DNA from: an uncultured Verrucomicrobiae bacterium
Lineage (GTDB): Bacteria > Verrucomicrobiota > Verrucomicrobiia > Chthoniobacterales > UBA10450
NCBI GenBank assembly: GCA_963726745.1
Contig: CAVSDR010000006.1
Location: forward strand, 160,001-224,000
DNA: 64,000 nucleotides
Direction: 5' to 3'
In this document: one piece after another, positions 11,324-22,272 of the stretch
Layout: each line of letters opens with the position of its first letter
How positions within the stretch are numbered: position 1 is the stretch's first letter
Position numbers and translations under genes: made by a program
Notes under the pieces: model-generated
Databases searched by the model: none
Seen by the model: the letters and a program-made list of their open reading frames with translations, nothing else
Told to the model about the DNA's origin: nothing

Positions 11324-11980
11324 ATGGACAAAGTCTGCGCGATCGTCGGATTCGGGCCGGGCAACGGAATGGCGCTGGCGCGCGCTTTCGGGGCGGAAGG
11401 TCACCGGCTGGCCTTGCTTTCCCGCAGCCGGGCGAAACACGCGGCCAGCCTGCAGGCGCTCGAAGCGGAGAACTTGTCGGCTAATTTTTTCGAGACGAAC
11501 GCGGCCGATCCGGAGTCGTTAGGCAGCGCTTTCGAGGCGGTCCGCGCCGAGGTAGGCGCTCCCTCCGTGCTGATCTACAACGCCTTCGCGATGCGTCTCG
11601 GCCAACCGTCGAAACTGCGGCCGGAAGACCTGATCGAAGACCTGCGCACGAACGTGGGCGGCGCGCTGGCGGCCACGCACGCGGTGCTGCCGGCCATGCG
11701 CGCTGCCGGCAGGGGGAAGATTTTCTTCACCGGCGGGGGCTTTGCGCTCGAGCCGTTGCCGCAAGTTTCGTCGGTCGGGATCGGGAAGGCGGCGCTGCGG
11801 AATCTGGCGCTCGCGCTGGCAAAGGAGCTCGCCCCGGAAGGCATTCACGTGGGAACGGTCACGATCCACGGAATGGTGAAGGCCGGCACGCATTTCGCGC
11901 CGGAGAAAATCGCGCAATCGTTCCTGGAGCTTTACCGCGATGCGCCCGGCGGCTTCCGCCGCGAACTCGATTACAAATAG
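11324..11980 (+). CDS. Short-chain dehydrogenase/reductase
   Basis: IVGFGPGNG Rossmann motif, LIYNA, GKAALRNL, GIHVGTVTI. Confidence 0.9.
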   Translation: MDKVCAIVGFGPGNGMALARAFGAEGHRLALLSRSRAKHAASLQALEAENLSANFFETNAADPESLGSAFEAVRAEVGAPSVLIYNAFAMRLGQPSKLRPEDLIEDLRTNVGGALAATHAVLPAMRAAGRGKIFFTGGGFALEPLPQVSSVGIGKAALRNLALALAKELAPEGIHVGTVTIHGMVKAGTHFAPEKIAQSFLELYRDAPGGFRRELDYK

Positions 11981-12003
11981 CCGGCGCTTTCGCCTAACGA
12001 GCG

Positions 12004-13045
12004 CTACGACTTCTTGTCTTCGTCGAGCTTCGCCTTGACCGCGGTCTCGATCTCTTCGTAGAGCGCAGGGTCGTTCTTCAGCACTTCCTTGGCGGCATCG
12101 CGCCCTTGCGCGAGCTGGGCGCCCTTGTAGCTCAGCCAGGAGCCGCGCTTTTCCACGATCTGCTTCTCGAGCGCGAGGTCGAGGAGCGAGCCGGTGGTGG
12201 AGATGCCCTCGTTATACATGATGTCGAACTCGGCCTCGGTGAAAGGCGGCGCAACCTTGTTCTTGACCACTTTCACGCGGGTGCGGTTGCCGGTAACCAC
12301 GCCATCGGTCTGCTTGATCGCGCCGATGCGGCGGATGTCGAGCCGGACGCTGGCGTAAAACTTGAGCGCTTTGCCGCCGGGCGTGGTCTCGGGATTGCCA
12401 AACATGACGCCGATCTTCTCGCGGATTTGGTTGGTGAAAATACAGCAGGTGCGCGCCTTCGAGATGAGCGAGGTGAGCTTGCGCATCGCGGCGCTCATGA
12501 GCCGCGCCTGCGCACCTACAGTGCTGTCGCCGATCTCGCCCTTCGAGTTCCTGCTTCGTGACCAGGGCGGCCACGGAATCGAGCACGATGACGTCGAGCG
12601 CGTTGGAGCGCACGAGCGTTTCCACGATGCGAAGTGCTTCCTCGCCGGAGCTCGGCTGCGAGACCAGCAAGTCATCCATGTCGACGCCTAAACGGCGGGC
12701 GTATTGCGGATCGAGTGCGTGCTCAACATCGATGAAAGCGGCGAGCCCGCCGCGCTTCTGCGCCTGGGCGATGACCGTGAGCGTGAGGGTGGTTTTGCCG
12801 GAGGATTCCGGGCCGTAGACCTCGACCACGCGGCCGCGCGGGAAGCCGCCCACGCCGAGGGCGCGGTCGATCAAAATATTACCCGTCGGGATGACGTCGA
12901 TATCCGCGATTTGCGCATCGCCCAAACGCATAATCGCGCCGTCGCCGTAGTCTTTCGCGATCTGCTGAAGCGCGAGATCGAGGTTCTTATTGCGGGCAGC
13001 GACGATCTTGTCTTCGCTGGTTTTTTCTTCGGTTTTGCTGGCCAT
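12004..13045 (-). CDS. recA: Recombinase A, frameshifted near 12540
   Basis: [56 protein letters not shown]. One extra G in GAAGGGCGAG splits it. Confidence 0.98.
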
Positions 13046-13093
13046 AAGGGAAGGGCCCTTACCTACGTCAGTTCCACCGCAGCCGCCAAGAAT

Positions 13094-13133
13094 AAAGACG
13101 GAAAGAGGCCGCAACCTCGCGGCTGCGGCCCCC
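13094..13133 (-). terminator. Intrinsic terminator after the hsp20 pair
   Basis: Minus strand GGGGCCGCAGCC-GCGA-GGTTGCGGCCTC followed by TTTCCGTCTTT. Confidence 0.7.
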
Positions 13134-13159
13134 CCCTTCCCTCTATCGATCGAAACGCT

Positions 13160-13543
13160 TTACGAGACGGTGATCTTGCGCGGCTTCACCTGCTCCGCTT
13201 TCGGGAGCGAAAGCGTGAGCACGCCCTGTTCGATGCGGGCGCTGATCTTGCTGGAATCGATCGAAGGATCGAGCTCGAAGCTGCGCCGGAAGTTTTCCCG
13301 GCGAGACTCGCGGTGCAGGATCGTCCCCTGCACGCTGGGCAGGGAACGTCGCCCGACAATCGTGAGCTCGTTATTCTCGACCCACATTTCCAGGCCTTCC
13401 TTGCTCACCCCGGGCATCTCCACCTCCAGGGTATAGCCGTCCTCGCTCTCGAGCACGGTTGCCGCGGGCGCGATCCACTGCTCGTTAGACCGCGAGCCGT
13501 TGGCGCGGTTTTCTTTGTTTTCTTCGCGAACCATTGTGTCCAT
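13160..13543 (-). CDS. Hsp20/alpha-crystallin small heat-shock protein
   Basis: EMPGVSKE, FRRSFEL, ARIEQGVLTLSLPKAE, RKITV. Confidence 0.95.
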   Translation of the reverse strand: MDTMVREENKENRANGSRSNEQWIAPAATVLESEDGYTLEVEMPGVSKEGLEMWVENNELTIVGRRSLPSVQGTILHRESRRENFRRSFELDPSIDSSKISARIEQGVLTLSLPKAEQVKPRKITVS

Positions 13544-13570
13544 TTTCCTTCTTCCTTTCGTGATTGCTCG

Positions 13571-14038
13571 TTAGTCGACGTTGACCTGAATCTGCTTCGG
13601 CTTCGCTTCCTCGGCCTTGGGCAGCGTGACCGTGAGGATGCCGTCCTTGTAATTCGCCTGCACGCGGTTCGAATCGACGCGCGTGGGGAGCGCGATGCTG
13701 CGGCGGAATTTGCCGACGAAACGTTCGCTGCGGGAGGTTTTGCCGCCTTGCGCCGCGCCGTCGTCTTTCCGCTCGCCGCTGATCACAAGCATACCGTTGT
13801 GCAGCGAGAGTTCGATGTCCTCCTTGCGCAGGCCAGGGAGCTCGACCAAAGCGATGACGTCGTCGTTCGTCTGGTAGAGATCGAGCGCCGGCGTCCAGCC
13901 GTTGAACAGCTGTGCCTGCGGCGTCGGGCCGCTCCAGTTGCCGTCAAAGAGATGGTTGATTTCGTCGCGCAAGGTCGACCAGCGGTCGAGCGAGCGCCAC
14001 GCCGAGAGATCGGGAGTTTGGTAACGAATGATGCTCAT
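13571..14038 (-). CDS. Hsp20/alpha-crystallin small heat-shock protein
   Basis: Start MSIIRYQ after GAAAGGAAAA; PALDLY, ELPGL, ERFVGKFRRSIALP, ANYKDGILTVTLPK. Confidence 0.95.
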   Translation of the reverse strand: MSIIRYQTPDLSAWRSLDRWSTLRDEINHLFDGNWSGPTPQAQLFNGWTPALDLYQTNDDVIALVELPGLRKEDIELSLHNGMLVISGERKDDGAAQGGKTSRSERFVGKFRRSIALPTRVDSNRVQANYKDGILTVTLPKAEEAKPKQIQVNVD

Positions 14039-14075
14039 AGATTTTCCTTTCGTTGGAAGTTTCGAAACCTGATTT

Positions 14076-14091
14076 AGCCAGCAGAATGCCA
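14076..14091 (-). promoter_or_regulatory. Putative sigma54 (-24/-12) promoter of the hsp20 operon
   Basis: Minus strand TGGCATTCTGCTGGCT has GG-N10-GC spacing, about 38 bp upstream of the ATG. Confidence 0.6.
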
Positions 14092-14223
14092 GCGAAAGTG
14101 GCACCCAGAAATCCATCGCTAAGCCGTTGAAATTGAGTCAGCCTATAAGACCTCAGCGATTTGGCTACTGCCGCCTGGACGTGTCGCGATGTCACGCTTC
14201 TCCTGCGCGGAATCCAGCAGACT

Positions 14224-14240
14224 TGTGCCAGCGTTGCACA
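14224..14240. promoter_or_regulatory. Putative enhancer-binding-protein site
   Basis: Inverted repeat TGTGC-N7-GCACA (TGT-N11-ACA) about 135-150 bp upstream of the sigma54-type element. Confidence 0.35.
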
Positions 14241-14286
14241 GCTGTCGCTTGTTGCGGATCGGCGCAAAAAGAGAAGGGTGCCGGTA

Positions 14287-14976
14287 ATGAAGTTTCTCCT
14301 CACGAACGACGATGGCATCGATGCCGCGGGAATCGAGGCGTTGCATCGCGCAGTCGAGCCGTTTGGTGAAGCGGTCATCGTGGCACCGGCCGGGCCGCAG
14401 TCTGGTGTAAGTCATCGGGTGACCTGGCAGGAAGGGGTAAGGATCGAGCCGCGCGGTCCGCGACGTTTCGCCGTCCATGGAACGCCGGCGGATTGTGTGC
14501 GCCTGGGTTTGCGGCATCTCCTGCCGGACGCGGATTGGATCCTGAGCGGGATCAATCACGGCTCGAACCTTGGCGCGGACATGCACTACTCCGGGACCGT
14601 GGCTGCCGTGCGCGAGGCCGTGCTCCATGGCTGGCCCGGCATTGCTTTCTCACAATATCACGAGCCACAAGGCGACTTCGATTGGGACCGCGCCACCCGC
14701 TGGCTGGGACCGCTCCTCCAGGACTTGTTAGACCGGCCCCGAGAGCGTGGTTCGTTTTACAACGTCAACCTGCCGGCGCGTCCGGCCGACGCCGACGAGC
14801 CGGAGGTGGTCTGGTGTCCGCTCGATCCGGCGCCGCTTCCCCTCAACTATCGTCACGAAGAGGCGAGCGACCTCTATTTTGCCGGCGACTATCACGCGCG
14901 GCCGCGCACGCCCGGCGCTGATGTGGACGTCTGTTTCGGCGGGCGGATTGCACTGACCCAGATCCGACTGCTCTAG
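14287..14976 (+). CDS. surE: 5'/3'-nucleotidase SurE
   Basis: MKFLLTNDDGI, VAPAGPQSGVS, GTPADCV, SGINHGSNLG, YSGTVAA. Confidence 0.95.
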   Translation: MKFLLTNDDGIDAAGIEALHRAVEPFGEAVIVAPAGPQSGVSHRVTWQEGVRIEPRGPRRFAVHGTPADCVRLGLRHLLPDADWILSGINHGSNLGADMHYSGTVAAVREAVLHGWPGIAFSQYHEPQGDFDWDRATRWLGPLLQDLLDRPRERGSFYNVNLPARPADADEPEVVWCPLDPAPLPLNYRHEEASDLYFAGDYHARPRTPGADVDVCFGGRIALTQIRLL

Positions 14977-16283
14977 GCGGCCGATATCGGCTGATCGGTC
15001 GGCTCGCTGGCGGCGTCGATAAACGGCGCAAAGACGTCGAGGGAACGCGTGGGAATGGTGGCGGTCACGCAGGTTTCTTCCCCCTCGAACGTGGCCTCGT
15101 GCACCGTTCCCTCACGGTGCAAACGCGCGAGCAAATCAGCGCGTGCCGCCGGCAGGCGCAACCCGAGCGTCATCGTCCCGCGAGCCACGAAATCGGAGAT
15201 GCGGCTGACTAATTCCTCCATCCCCGCATCCGTCTGCACGGAAACGAAAACCGCGTCGCGAAAATGCCGGCGAAGGGCGGCCAATTCCTCCGGCTGGCTG
15301 ACTTTGTCGATCTTGTTGAAAACCACCAGCATCTGCTTGGTATCAGCGCCGAGATTAGCCAGCACCTTCATGGTGGTGTTGTAAAATTCCATCACCTCCG
15401 GCTGCGAAGCATCGAGCACGTGGATCAGGAAATCGGAGAGCGCGGCTTCCTCGAGCGTGGCATTGAAAGCTTCCACCAGTTGATGCGGGAGATTGCGCAC
15501 AAAGCCAACGGTGTCGGTGAGGAGGAGGGGCTGTTTGTTAGGCAGCGCGATCTTGCGCGTGGTCGTGTCGAGGGTGGCGAAAAGTTTGTCCTCCACGAAG
15601 ACCTCCGCGCCAGTGAGGCGGCGCAAGAGGGAGGATTTGCCGACGTTGGTGTAGCCGACGATCGCGGCGTTCGGCACCGGGGCGCGCTTGCGATCCTTTC
15701 GCTGGGTCGCGCGGGCGCTGCGCACAGTCTCGAGCTCGCGCTTTAGGCGGTCGATTTGCAGCCGGATCTTGCGCTTGTCCTGCTCCAGCTGGCTCTCGCC
15801 TTCGCCCTTTGCGCCGATGCCGCCACCCTGCTGCCCGAGGTGGCTCCAGGCTCTCGTTAGGCGCGGAAGCGAATACTGCATGCGCGCGAGGTCCACCTGG
15901 ATGCGCGCTTCCCGCGTTTGCGCGCGGGCGCCGAAAATATCAAGAATGATTTCCTGGCGATCGGCCACGGTCAGGCCGGAGAGCTCTTCCCAATTCCGTT
16001 GCTGCGAGGCGCTGAGTTCATTGTCAAAAACGAGCACGTCGCACTCGAGCTTCCGCGCATGGTCCACGATCTCCTGCGCCTTGCCCGAGCCGATGAGGTA
16101 GCGCGCATGATTTTCCCGGTGCGAAATGAGCAGGCGATCGATGATCGGAATGCCGAGCGTCTCCACCAACTCCGCCAATTCCTCGAGCAAACTCTGCGCT
16201 TCCGCCTTCTTCGCCGGGTCAATGTAGGCGCCGATGAGCAAGGCGCGCTCGGTCATCTTATCCTTCTGCTTGATCTCAAACAT
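14973..16283 (-). CDS. hflX: Ribosome-splitting GTPase HflX
   Basis: ILDIFGARAQTREA, GEGESQLEQD, VGYTNVGKSS, LFATLDTTTR, DTVGF, NKID; start MFEIKQK at 16283. Confidence 0.96.
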   Translation of the reverse strand: MFEIKQKDKMTERALLIGAYIDPAKKAEAQSLLEELAELVETLGIPIIDRLLISHRENHARYLIGSGKAQEIVDHARKLECDVLVFDNELSASQQRNWEELSGLTVADRQEIILDIFGARAQTREARIQVDLARMQYSLPRLTRAWSHLGQQGGGIGAKGEGESQLEQDKRKIRLQIDRLKRELETVRSARATQRKDRKRAPVPNAAIVGYTNVGKSSLLRRLTGAEVFVEDKLFATLDTTTRKIALPNKQPLLLTDTVGFVRNLPHQLVEAFNATLEEAALSDFLIHVLDASQPEVMEFYNTTMKVLANLGADTKQMLVVFNKIDKVSQPEELAALRRHFRDAVFVSVQTDAGMEELVSRISDFVARGTMTLGLRLPAARADLLARLHREGTVHEATFEGEETCVTATIPTRSLDVFAPFIDAASEPTDQPISAA

Positions 16284-16404
16284 TCCGCGACGAATATAGC
16301 CGCCGCGCAAGGGTTGGCGCGTCGAAAAACAGACGACAACTTCGCCGTCCCGTTCCGAGAACGGTGGCGGCAAAAAGATTCCGAAAAAAGTTTCGAAATC
16401 TTGT

Positions 16405-16432
16405 TTGACGGATTCGACGGACCTCCTATCTT
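16405..16432 (+). promoter_or_regulatory. Sigma70-type rRNA promoter
   Basis: TTGACG-N16-TATCTT preceded by an A/T-rich UP-like tract; 16-bp spacers are typical of rrn promoters. Confidence 0.7.
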
Positions 16433-16561
16433 GCTCGTCCCGCAACACTGCGGCCTCGGAAGTTCCGAGGTGTTCTTCGCCTCCTGGCTCACTGCGAGCT
16501 GGCTGCTTGATTTCGATCAAATGGCCGCTATGCGGATGAACTGGCGGGTGTGAAGGGCGGT

Positions 16562-16573
16562 TGATCTTTGACA
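16562..16573 (+). promoter_or_regulatory. rrn antitermination boxA
   Basis: TGATCTTTGACA versus consensus TGCTCTTTAACA in the 16S leader. Confidence 0.65.
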
Positions 16574-16844
16574 GTGCAATTCTGGATTTCGTCATCACGA
16601 CGAAAGGAAATCCAGAAGGTAGAAGTCAGCGAAAATTGAATTGTGCGTTATTCGTTAAGTTTTCTTTGAACTAAAATTTCGCCAGTTCGCAAGAACTGGT
16701 GATCTTATTTGAAAAAGATCGGACGAACACCGGCTCTCATCCACGGATGAAAGTCGGTTTAGAATGGTCAGATTCACGTTGGTGCTTTAGCGAGCACCGA
16801 CACAAACTTTGTCCGGGATCAGCAATGATCCTCGGCTCCAAATT

Positions 16845-18414
<1,570 letters not shown>

Positions 18415-18577
18415 ATTCGTCACCACTTCGGTGGTGGTTGAATAGGTCGACGGCTAACCCTTCTTCTCTTCGGAGAGGGAGACATGCCGTTAAGACCTCG
18501 ACAAGGAAACGCGTTGAGGCCAAGGATGACCGACGGATAGCGCACAATTCAGTTTTTGTTTGCCTGCTGATTTAGAG

Positions 18578-18617
18578 AAAATGCCGAGCACGGCGACGTG
18601 TTCGGCATTTTTGTTTT
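18578..18617 (+). terminator. Intrinsic terminator directly after the 16S precursor
   Basis: AAAATGCCGAGCAC-GGCGAC-GTGTTCGGCATTTT followed by TGTTTT. Confidence 0.8.
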
Positions 18618-18638
18618 CCAGCGAAGTCTCCCGGCCTC

Positions 18639-18666
18639 TTGCATTCAATCCGGAGACGCCTAGACT
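18639..18666 (+). promoter_or_regulatory. Putative dedicated promoter of tRNA-Ala
   Basis: TTGCAT-N16-TAGACT, 11 bp upstream of the tRNA. Confidence 0.55.
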
Positions 18667-18677
18667 CCGCAGACTTC

Positions 18678-18750
18678 GGGGGCATAGCTCAGTTGGTAGA
18701 GCGCCAGCTTTGCAAGCTGGATGTCAGGGGTTCGAATCCCCTTGCCTCCA
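18678..18750 (+). tRNA. tRNA-Ala(TGC)
   Basis: GGGGGCA...TAGCTCAGTTGGTAGAGC, anticodon arm CCAGC-TTTGCAA-GCTGG, GGTTCGAATCC, TGCCTCCA; CCA not encoded. Confidence 0.97.
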
Positions 18751-18782
18751 TTTCCCTCCGCCTGGAGGTAGAATTTAGCCAG

Positions 18783-18953
18783 CTACTTCTGCTCGTCCGG
18801 CCGCACGACGAAGCCTTCCGGCGGGATCGATAGCGGCGGCTCGTTCGAGAAAAGCCCACGGCTTCCACCCTGGCAATCTTTTCGCGGCGCGAGGTCGCGC
18901 AGTTCGATAGGGGCCTGGCCGGCTACTGGCTGCTCATCAGGGAGTTGCTTCAT
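18783..18953 (-). CDS. Small peptide (56 aa) with LRDLAPRKDCQGG motif, possible double-glycine leader precursor
   Basis: MKQLPDEQPVAGQAPIELRDLAPRKDCQGGSRGLFSNEPPLSIPPEGFVVRPDEQK lies between the two tRNAs; coding status not certain. Confidence 0.45.
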   Translation of the reverse strand: MKQLPDEQPVAGQAPIELRDLAPRKDCQGGSRGLFSNEPPLSIPPEGFVVRPDEQK

Positions 18954-19131
18954 TTTTGAAAACGACGACTCCTTCGACACGGAAACAGTGCTCACGTCAA
19001 CACTTCTTCGGCTTTCCCTCCGGAAACGGATGCAAAATCTGCGCGCGCCGCACGATTTCGCATTGCGCCAGAACGTGCGCGTGCTAAATGCATAATCCCT
19101 CGCCGGTCCTCTCAGAGGGCTGGTAAATTTT

Positions 19132-19205
19132 GGGCCTGTAGCTCAGTTGGTTAGAGCATGCGCTTGATAAGCGCAGGGTCACTGGTTCGAGCCCAGTCAG
19201 GCCCA
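19132..19205 (+). tRNA. tRNA-Ile(GAT)
   Basis: GGGCCTG...TAGCTCAGTTGGTTAGAGC, anticodon arm TGCGC-TTGATAA-GCGCA, GGTTCGAGCCC, CAGGCCCA. Confidence 0.97.
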
Positions 19206-19667
19206 CTTCCCGATCGCACTTGTCTCAGCGGCGCGCTGCCGCATGCAGATCCAGTAGGCTAAAATTCCCACCGCCGCACCCGCGCAATCCAGGAGCACAT
19301 CGCGCGGCGAAGCCGTGCGCGAGCTCACAAAACTCTGGTGCCACTCGTCCGACGCCGCATACATCGCCGCGGCCGACCAGGCGCCGATCGCGTGCAACCA
19401 AACGATTCTCCGCTGCCTGCGTAATGCCCGCAGGAGTAAAAGCGCGAGGATGGCATACTCGGTCACGTGCCCGGCCTTGCGCACAAGGAACTGCACCAGC
19501 AGAATCGCCTCCAACGAAATGTGCGGATTGAGCCAATGGAGAAACGGCACGATGAAACGCGACGTCTGCGCAGCCGAGCCGAGATCGGTCGAGGCGCTGA
19601 AAATAAGCAACATCCAGGCAAGCACGGGCATCCATGCATGGACGAGCGGAGGTAGCTTTCTCTTCAC
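19197..19667 (-). CDS. VanZ family protein
   Basis: WMLLIFSAS, VRKAGHVTEYAIL, YAASDEWHQSFVSSRTASPRDVLLD. Confidence 0.9.
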   Translation of the reverse strand: MKRKLPPLVHAWMPVLAWMLLIFSASTDLGSAAQTSRFIVPFLHWLNPHISLEAILLVQFLVRKAGHVTEYAILALLLLRALRRQRRIVWLHAIGAWSAAAMYAASDEWHQSFVSSRTASPRDVLLDCAGAAVGILAYWICMRQRAAETSAIGKWA

Positions 19668-19726
19668 GACGCCCGCACTCTAGAAATGCCAGGCTCACTT
19701 CACAATCCGCCGTCCGCCGTTCGCTC

Positions 19727-20683
19727 ATGTCTTTAGCCGACAACCTCACTCAGCCGCTTTCGTTCACGCCGATCTTTCAGGAACGCGTCTGGGGCGGTCG
19801 CCGTCTGGAGAGCCTCTTCGGCAAAGCGCTGCCGCCCGCGGCGAAAATTGGCGAGTCGTGGGAGATCGTGGACCGCGCGGAGGCGCAAAGCGTGGTCGCC
19901 CGTGGCGCGCTGGCCGGGCGGACCCTGCACGAACTGTGGACCGAGCAACGCGCGGAGATTTTCGGCGAGATCGCACCGAGCGATCGCTTCCCGCTCCTGA
20001 TCAAGCTCCTCGACGCTCAGGACGTGCTTTCGCTTCAGGTCCATCCTCCGGCGGACGTCGCCGAAGACCTCGGCGGCGAGCCAAAGACCGAATGCTGGTA
20101 CATCGCCGACGCCGCCCCGGGAGCCGAGCTCTTCGTCGGGCTCCGCCGCGGGGCGACGCGCGCGCGGGTTGAGCAGGCTCTGCATACCGGCGGCTTGGAG
20201 CAGCAGGTCCACCGCGTGGCCGCGCGCGCGGGCGACACCATGTTTCTGCCCAGCGGTCGCATGCACGCGATTGGCGCCGGCTATGTGATTTTCGAGATTC
20301 AACAGAATAGCGACACCACTTACCGCATCTACGATTGGGATCGCGTGGATGAAAACGGCGTCGGCCGGAAATTGCACGTTGAGGAATCCTTGCGCTCGAT
20401 CGACTTCGACGACTTCGAGCCCGGGCTGGCCCAGCCCGCAGGCGAAACTCTCGTGCGCGATCCGCTTTTCCGGATCGATAAGTGGGAACTGACCGCCCCG
20501 CGCGCGGTTTCGCCGCGCGGAACTTTCGCCATTCTCGGCGGCTTAGCCGGCAAGTTCACCTGCGCTGGCGCGGCCGCGGGCCCCGGCGAGTTTCTCCTCG
20601 TGCCCGCCGCGCTTGCCGAGCGTGAGCTTCGCCCCTTGGCAGCGGATACCTCGCTCCTGCGGATCACCCTCGATCCGCCCTAA
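19727..20683 (+). CDS. manA: Class I mannose-6-phosphate isomerase
   Basis: RVWGG, IGESWE, FPLLIKLLDA, LSLQVHP, KTECWY, HAIG, EIQQNSDTTYRIYDW. Confidence 0.92.
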   Translation: MSLADNLTQPLSFTPIFQERVWGGRRLESLFGKALPPAAKIGESWEIVDRAEAQSVVARGALAGRTLHELWTEQRAEIFGEIAPSDRFPLLIKLLDAQDVLSLQVHPPADVAEDLGGEPKTECWYIADAAPGAELFVGLRRGATRARVEQALHTGGLEQQVHRVAARAGDTMFLPSGRMHAIGAGYVIFEIQQNSDTTYRIYDWDRVDENGVGRKLHVEESLRSIDFDDFEPGLAQPAGETLVRDPLFRIDKWELTAPRAVSPRGTFAILGGLAGKFTCAGAAAGPGEFLLVPAALAERELRPLAADTSLLRITLDPP

Positions 20684-20693
20684 CGAGTCGTTT

Positions 20694-21155
20694 TCAGGCG
20701 TGCGTCCCGCTCAACTCCGGCCCTGGCCAGCCGCGGCGCAGCTCCTCGACGTCGTCGATTCGCCAGGCGTTCTCCTCATGCGTCAGGCTGTAGAGGAACG
20801 AGCGCGTGGCGCCATTCGCGTGCACGATGAAAACCTGCACGATCGCGTTGCTCCCGCGCACTTTCACTTGGCCAAACTCCACCCGCGAGCCCCGGACTAC
20901 ATCGGGATAACGCTGTCGCACCATCTTTTCGAATTGCACCACAGTGAAGCGCTGCTGGACGCCGGTGGCCGCCTGCTGATACGCCGCCTGGAAATCGGCC
21001 GTGCGAAAAGCTGTGAGCTGCTGATTCACGATCGCGAAGAGCTCGCGCGGCGCGGGCGCGGTCACCTGCTCGCGAACTCGCTGAGTAATCACGAAGCCCG
21101 CCCCGCAGATGAGGAACATAAACAGAAGCACCGCCGCCTTGATCGAGTGTCTCAT
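20694..21155 (-). CDS. DUF4864-like protein
   Basis: N-terminal TM; QQLTAFRTADFQAAY, FEKMVRQRYP, WRIDDV. Confidence 0.75.
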   Translation of the reverse strand: MRHSIKAAVLLFMFLICGAGFVITQRVREQVTAPAPRELFAIVNQQLTAFRTADFQAAYQQAATGVQQRFTVVQFEKMVRQRYPDVVRGSRVEFGQVKVRGSNAIVQVFIVHANGATRSFLYSLTHEENAWRIDDVEELRRGWPGPELSGTHA

Positions 21156-21182
21156 CCGCGAAAGCCGATCCTAGCAGGGACG

Positions 21183-21491
21183 TCAAGCCGCCGCGCCGCC
21201 CAGCCGTCGGAGGTATTGATAGGAATAAATTCCCGTCTCGTGGCCATCGGCCCAGCGCGGCAAGAGCGCATATCCGCCGACAAAATTCCACGCGCGCAAT
21301 TCGAAGCTCCGTGCGTTGTAGGTCACCTCCGGCCGCAGGACATGCCCGAGCACATCCGGCTCGCCGCCACAGGCCGCGCAGGGACAGGCGCGCCGGAGCA
21401 CTTCCAGCGCGATATAAGACTCCGTGCCGTCGCTCCAGCTCAGGGCCATCTCCTGGCCGATTAACTGCACGTCTTTGACCTCGAGACGCAT
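21183..21491 (-). CDS. DUF971 (GBBH N-terminal-like) protein
   Basis: WSDG, LRRACPCAAC, VGGYAL, WADGHETGIYSYQYL. Confidence 0.9.
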   Translation of the reverse strand: MRLEVKDVQLIGQEMALSWSDGTESYIALEVLRRACPCAACGGEPDVLGHVLRPEVTYNARSFELRAWNFVGGYALLPRWADGHETGIYSYQYLRRLGGAAA

Positions 21492-21494
21492 GGC

Positions 21495-22175
21495 CTAACG
21501 ATCTCCGAAAATCGCCGTGCCTACGCGCACCAGCGTGGCCCCTTCCTCGATCGCGACCGCGAAGTCGTTGCTCATCCCCATGGAGAGCTGCGGCAATTTG
21601 ACGGCAAATTCACTTTCCAAGGCGTCGCGCAGCTCCCGGAGCATGATGAAGAAGGAGCGGGAATCCTCCGGCTCGGCCGAGAATGGCGGGATGCACATCA
21701 GCCCCTCGATGTTCAGCCGGCCGAGCGCGAGCAGCGTTTCCATCTCGCGGCGCAGTTGCTCGGGCGCGAACCCGATCTTGCTCCCCTCGCCGGCCACATT
21801 CACCTCCAGGAAAACGCGCGGCCGCAACCCCTCCTCCGCCGCGATCCGGTCGACGTCCTCGGCCAGGCCTAACGAGTCGACGCTGTGGAAAAGCTCGAAG
21901 AGCGGGAGCGCGTGGCGAATCTTGTTCTTTTGCAGGTGCCCGATGAAATGCCAGCGCACCGCGGAGGGAAGCAGCGGGATTTTGCTGCGCGCCTCCTGCA
22001 CCCGGCTCTCGCCAAAAATCGCCTGCCCGGCATCGAAAGCTGCGCGCACTTTCTCGGCCTCCTGCTTTTTCGAGACCGCGACCAGCTCCACTTCCGTAGC
22101 CGCGCGGCCCGCCGTGGCCAAAGCGTCGGCTATTTCCGCGCGCACCTGCTCGAGCTTGTCGGAGATCGAATCCAT
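21495..22175 (-). CDS. yggS: PLP homeostasis protein YggS
   Basis: [50 protein letters not shown]. Confidence 0.95.
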   Translation of the reverse strand: MDSISDKLEQVRAEIADALATAGRAATEVELVAVSKKQEAEKVRAAFDAGQAIFGESRVQEARSKIPLLPSAVRWHFIGHLQKNKIRHALPLFELFHSVDSLGLAEDVDRIAAEEGLRPRVFLEVNVAGEGSKIGFAPEQLRREMETLLALGRLNIEGLMCIPPFSAEPEDSRSFFIMLRELRDALESEFAVKLPQLSMGMSNDFAVAIEEGATLVRVGTAIFGDR

Positions 22176-22272
22176 CGCCCTGAGCTTTTGCCTGCTTGCC
22201 CCCAGACGCAACAATTCCGTCAAGCGGTCACGCGGACCACTGACGGAATTGCGCCGAAAACAGGAGTGAGTC

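Noticed and set aside
5599..13045. Programmed frameshifting or pseudogenisation of alaS and recA
   Set aside because: No slippery heptamer with a downstream structure was seen. Indels are scattered over unrelated genes, so sequencing error is simpler.
13046..13093. LexA/SOS box upstream of recA
   Set aside because: No convincing palindrome is recognisable in this short interval.
18678..19205. tRNA genes as integration sites of a genomic island
   Set aside because: No duplicated tRNA 3' end, no integrase and no compositional shift in the flanking genes.
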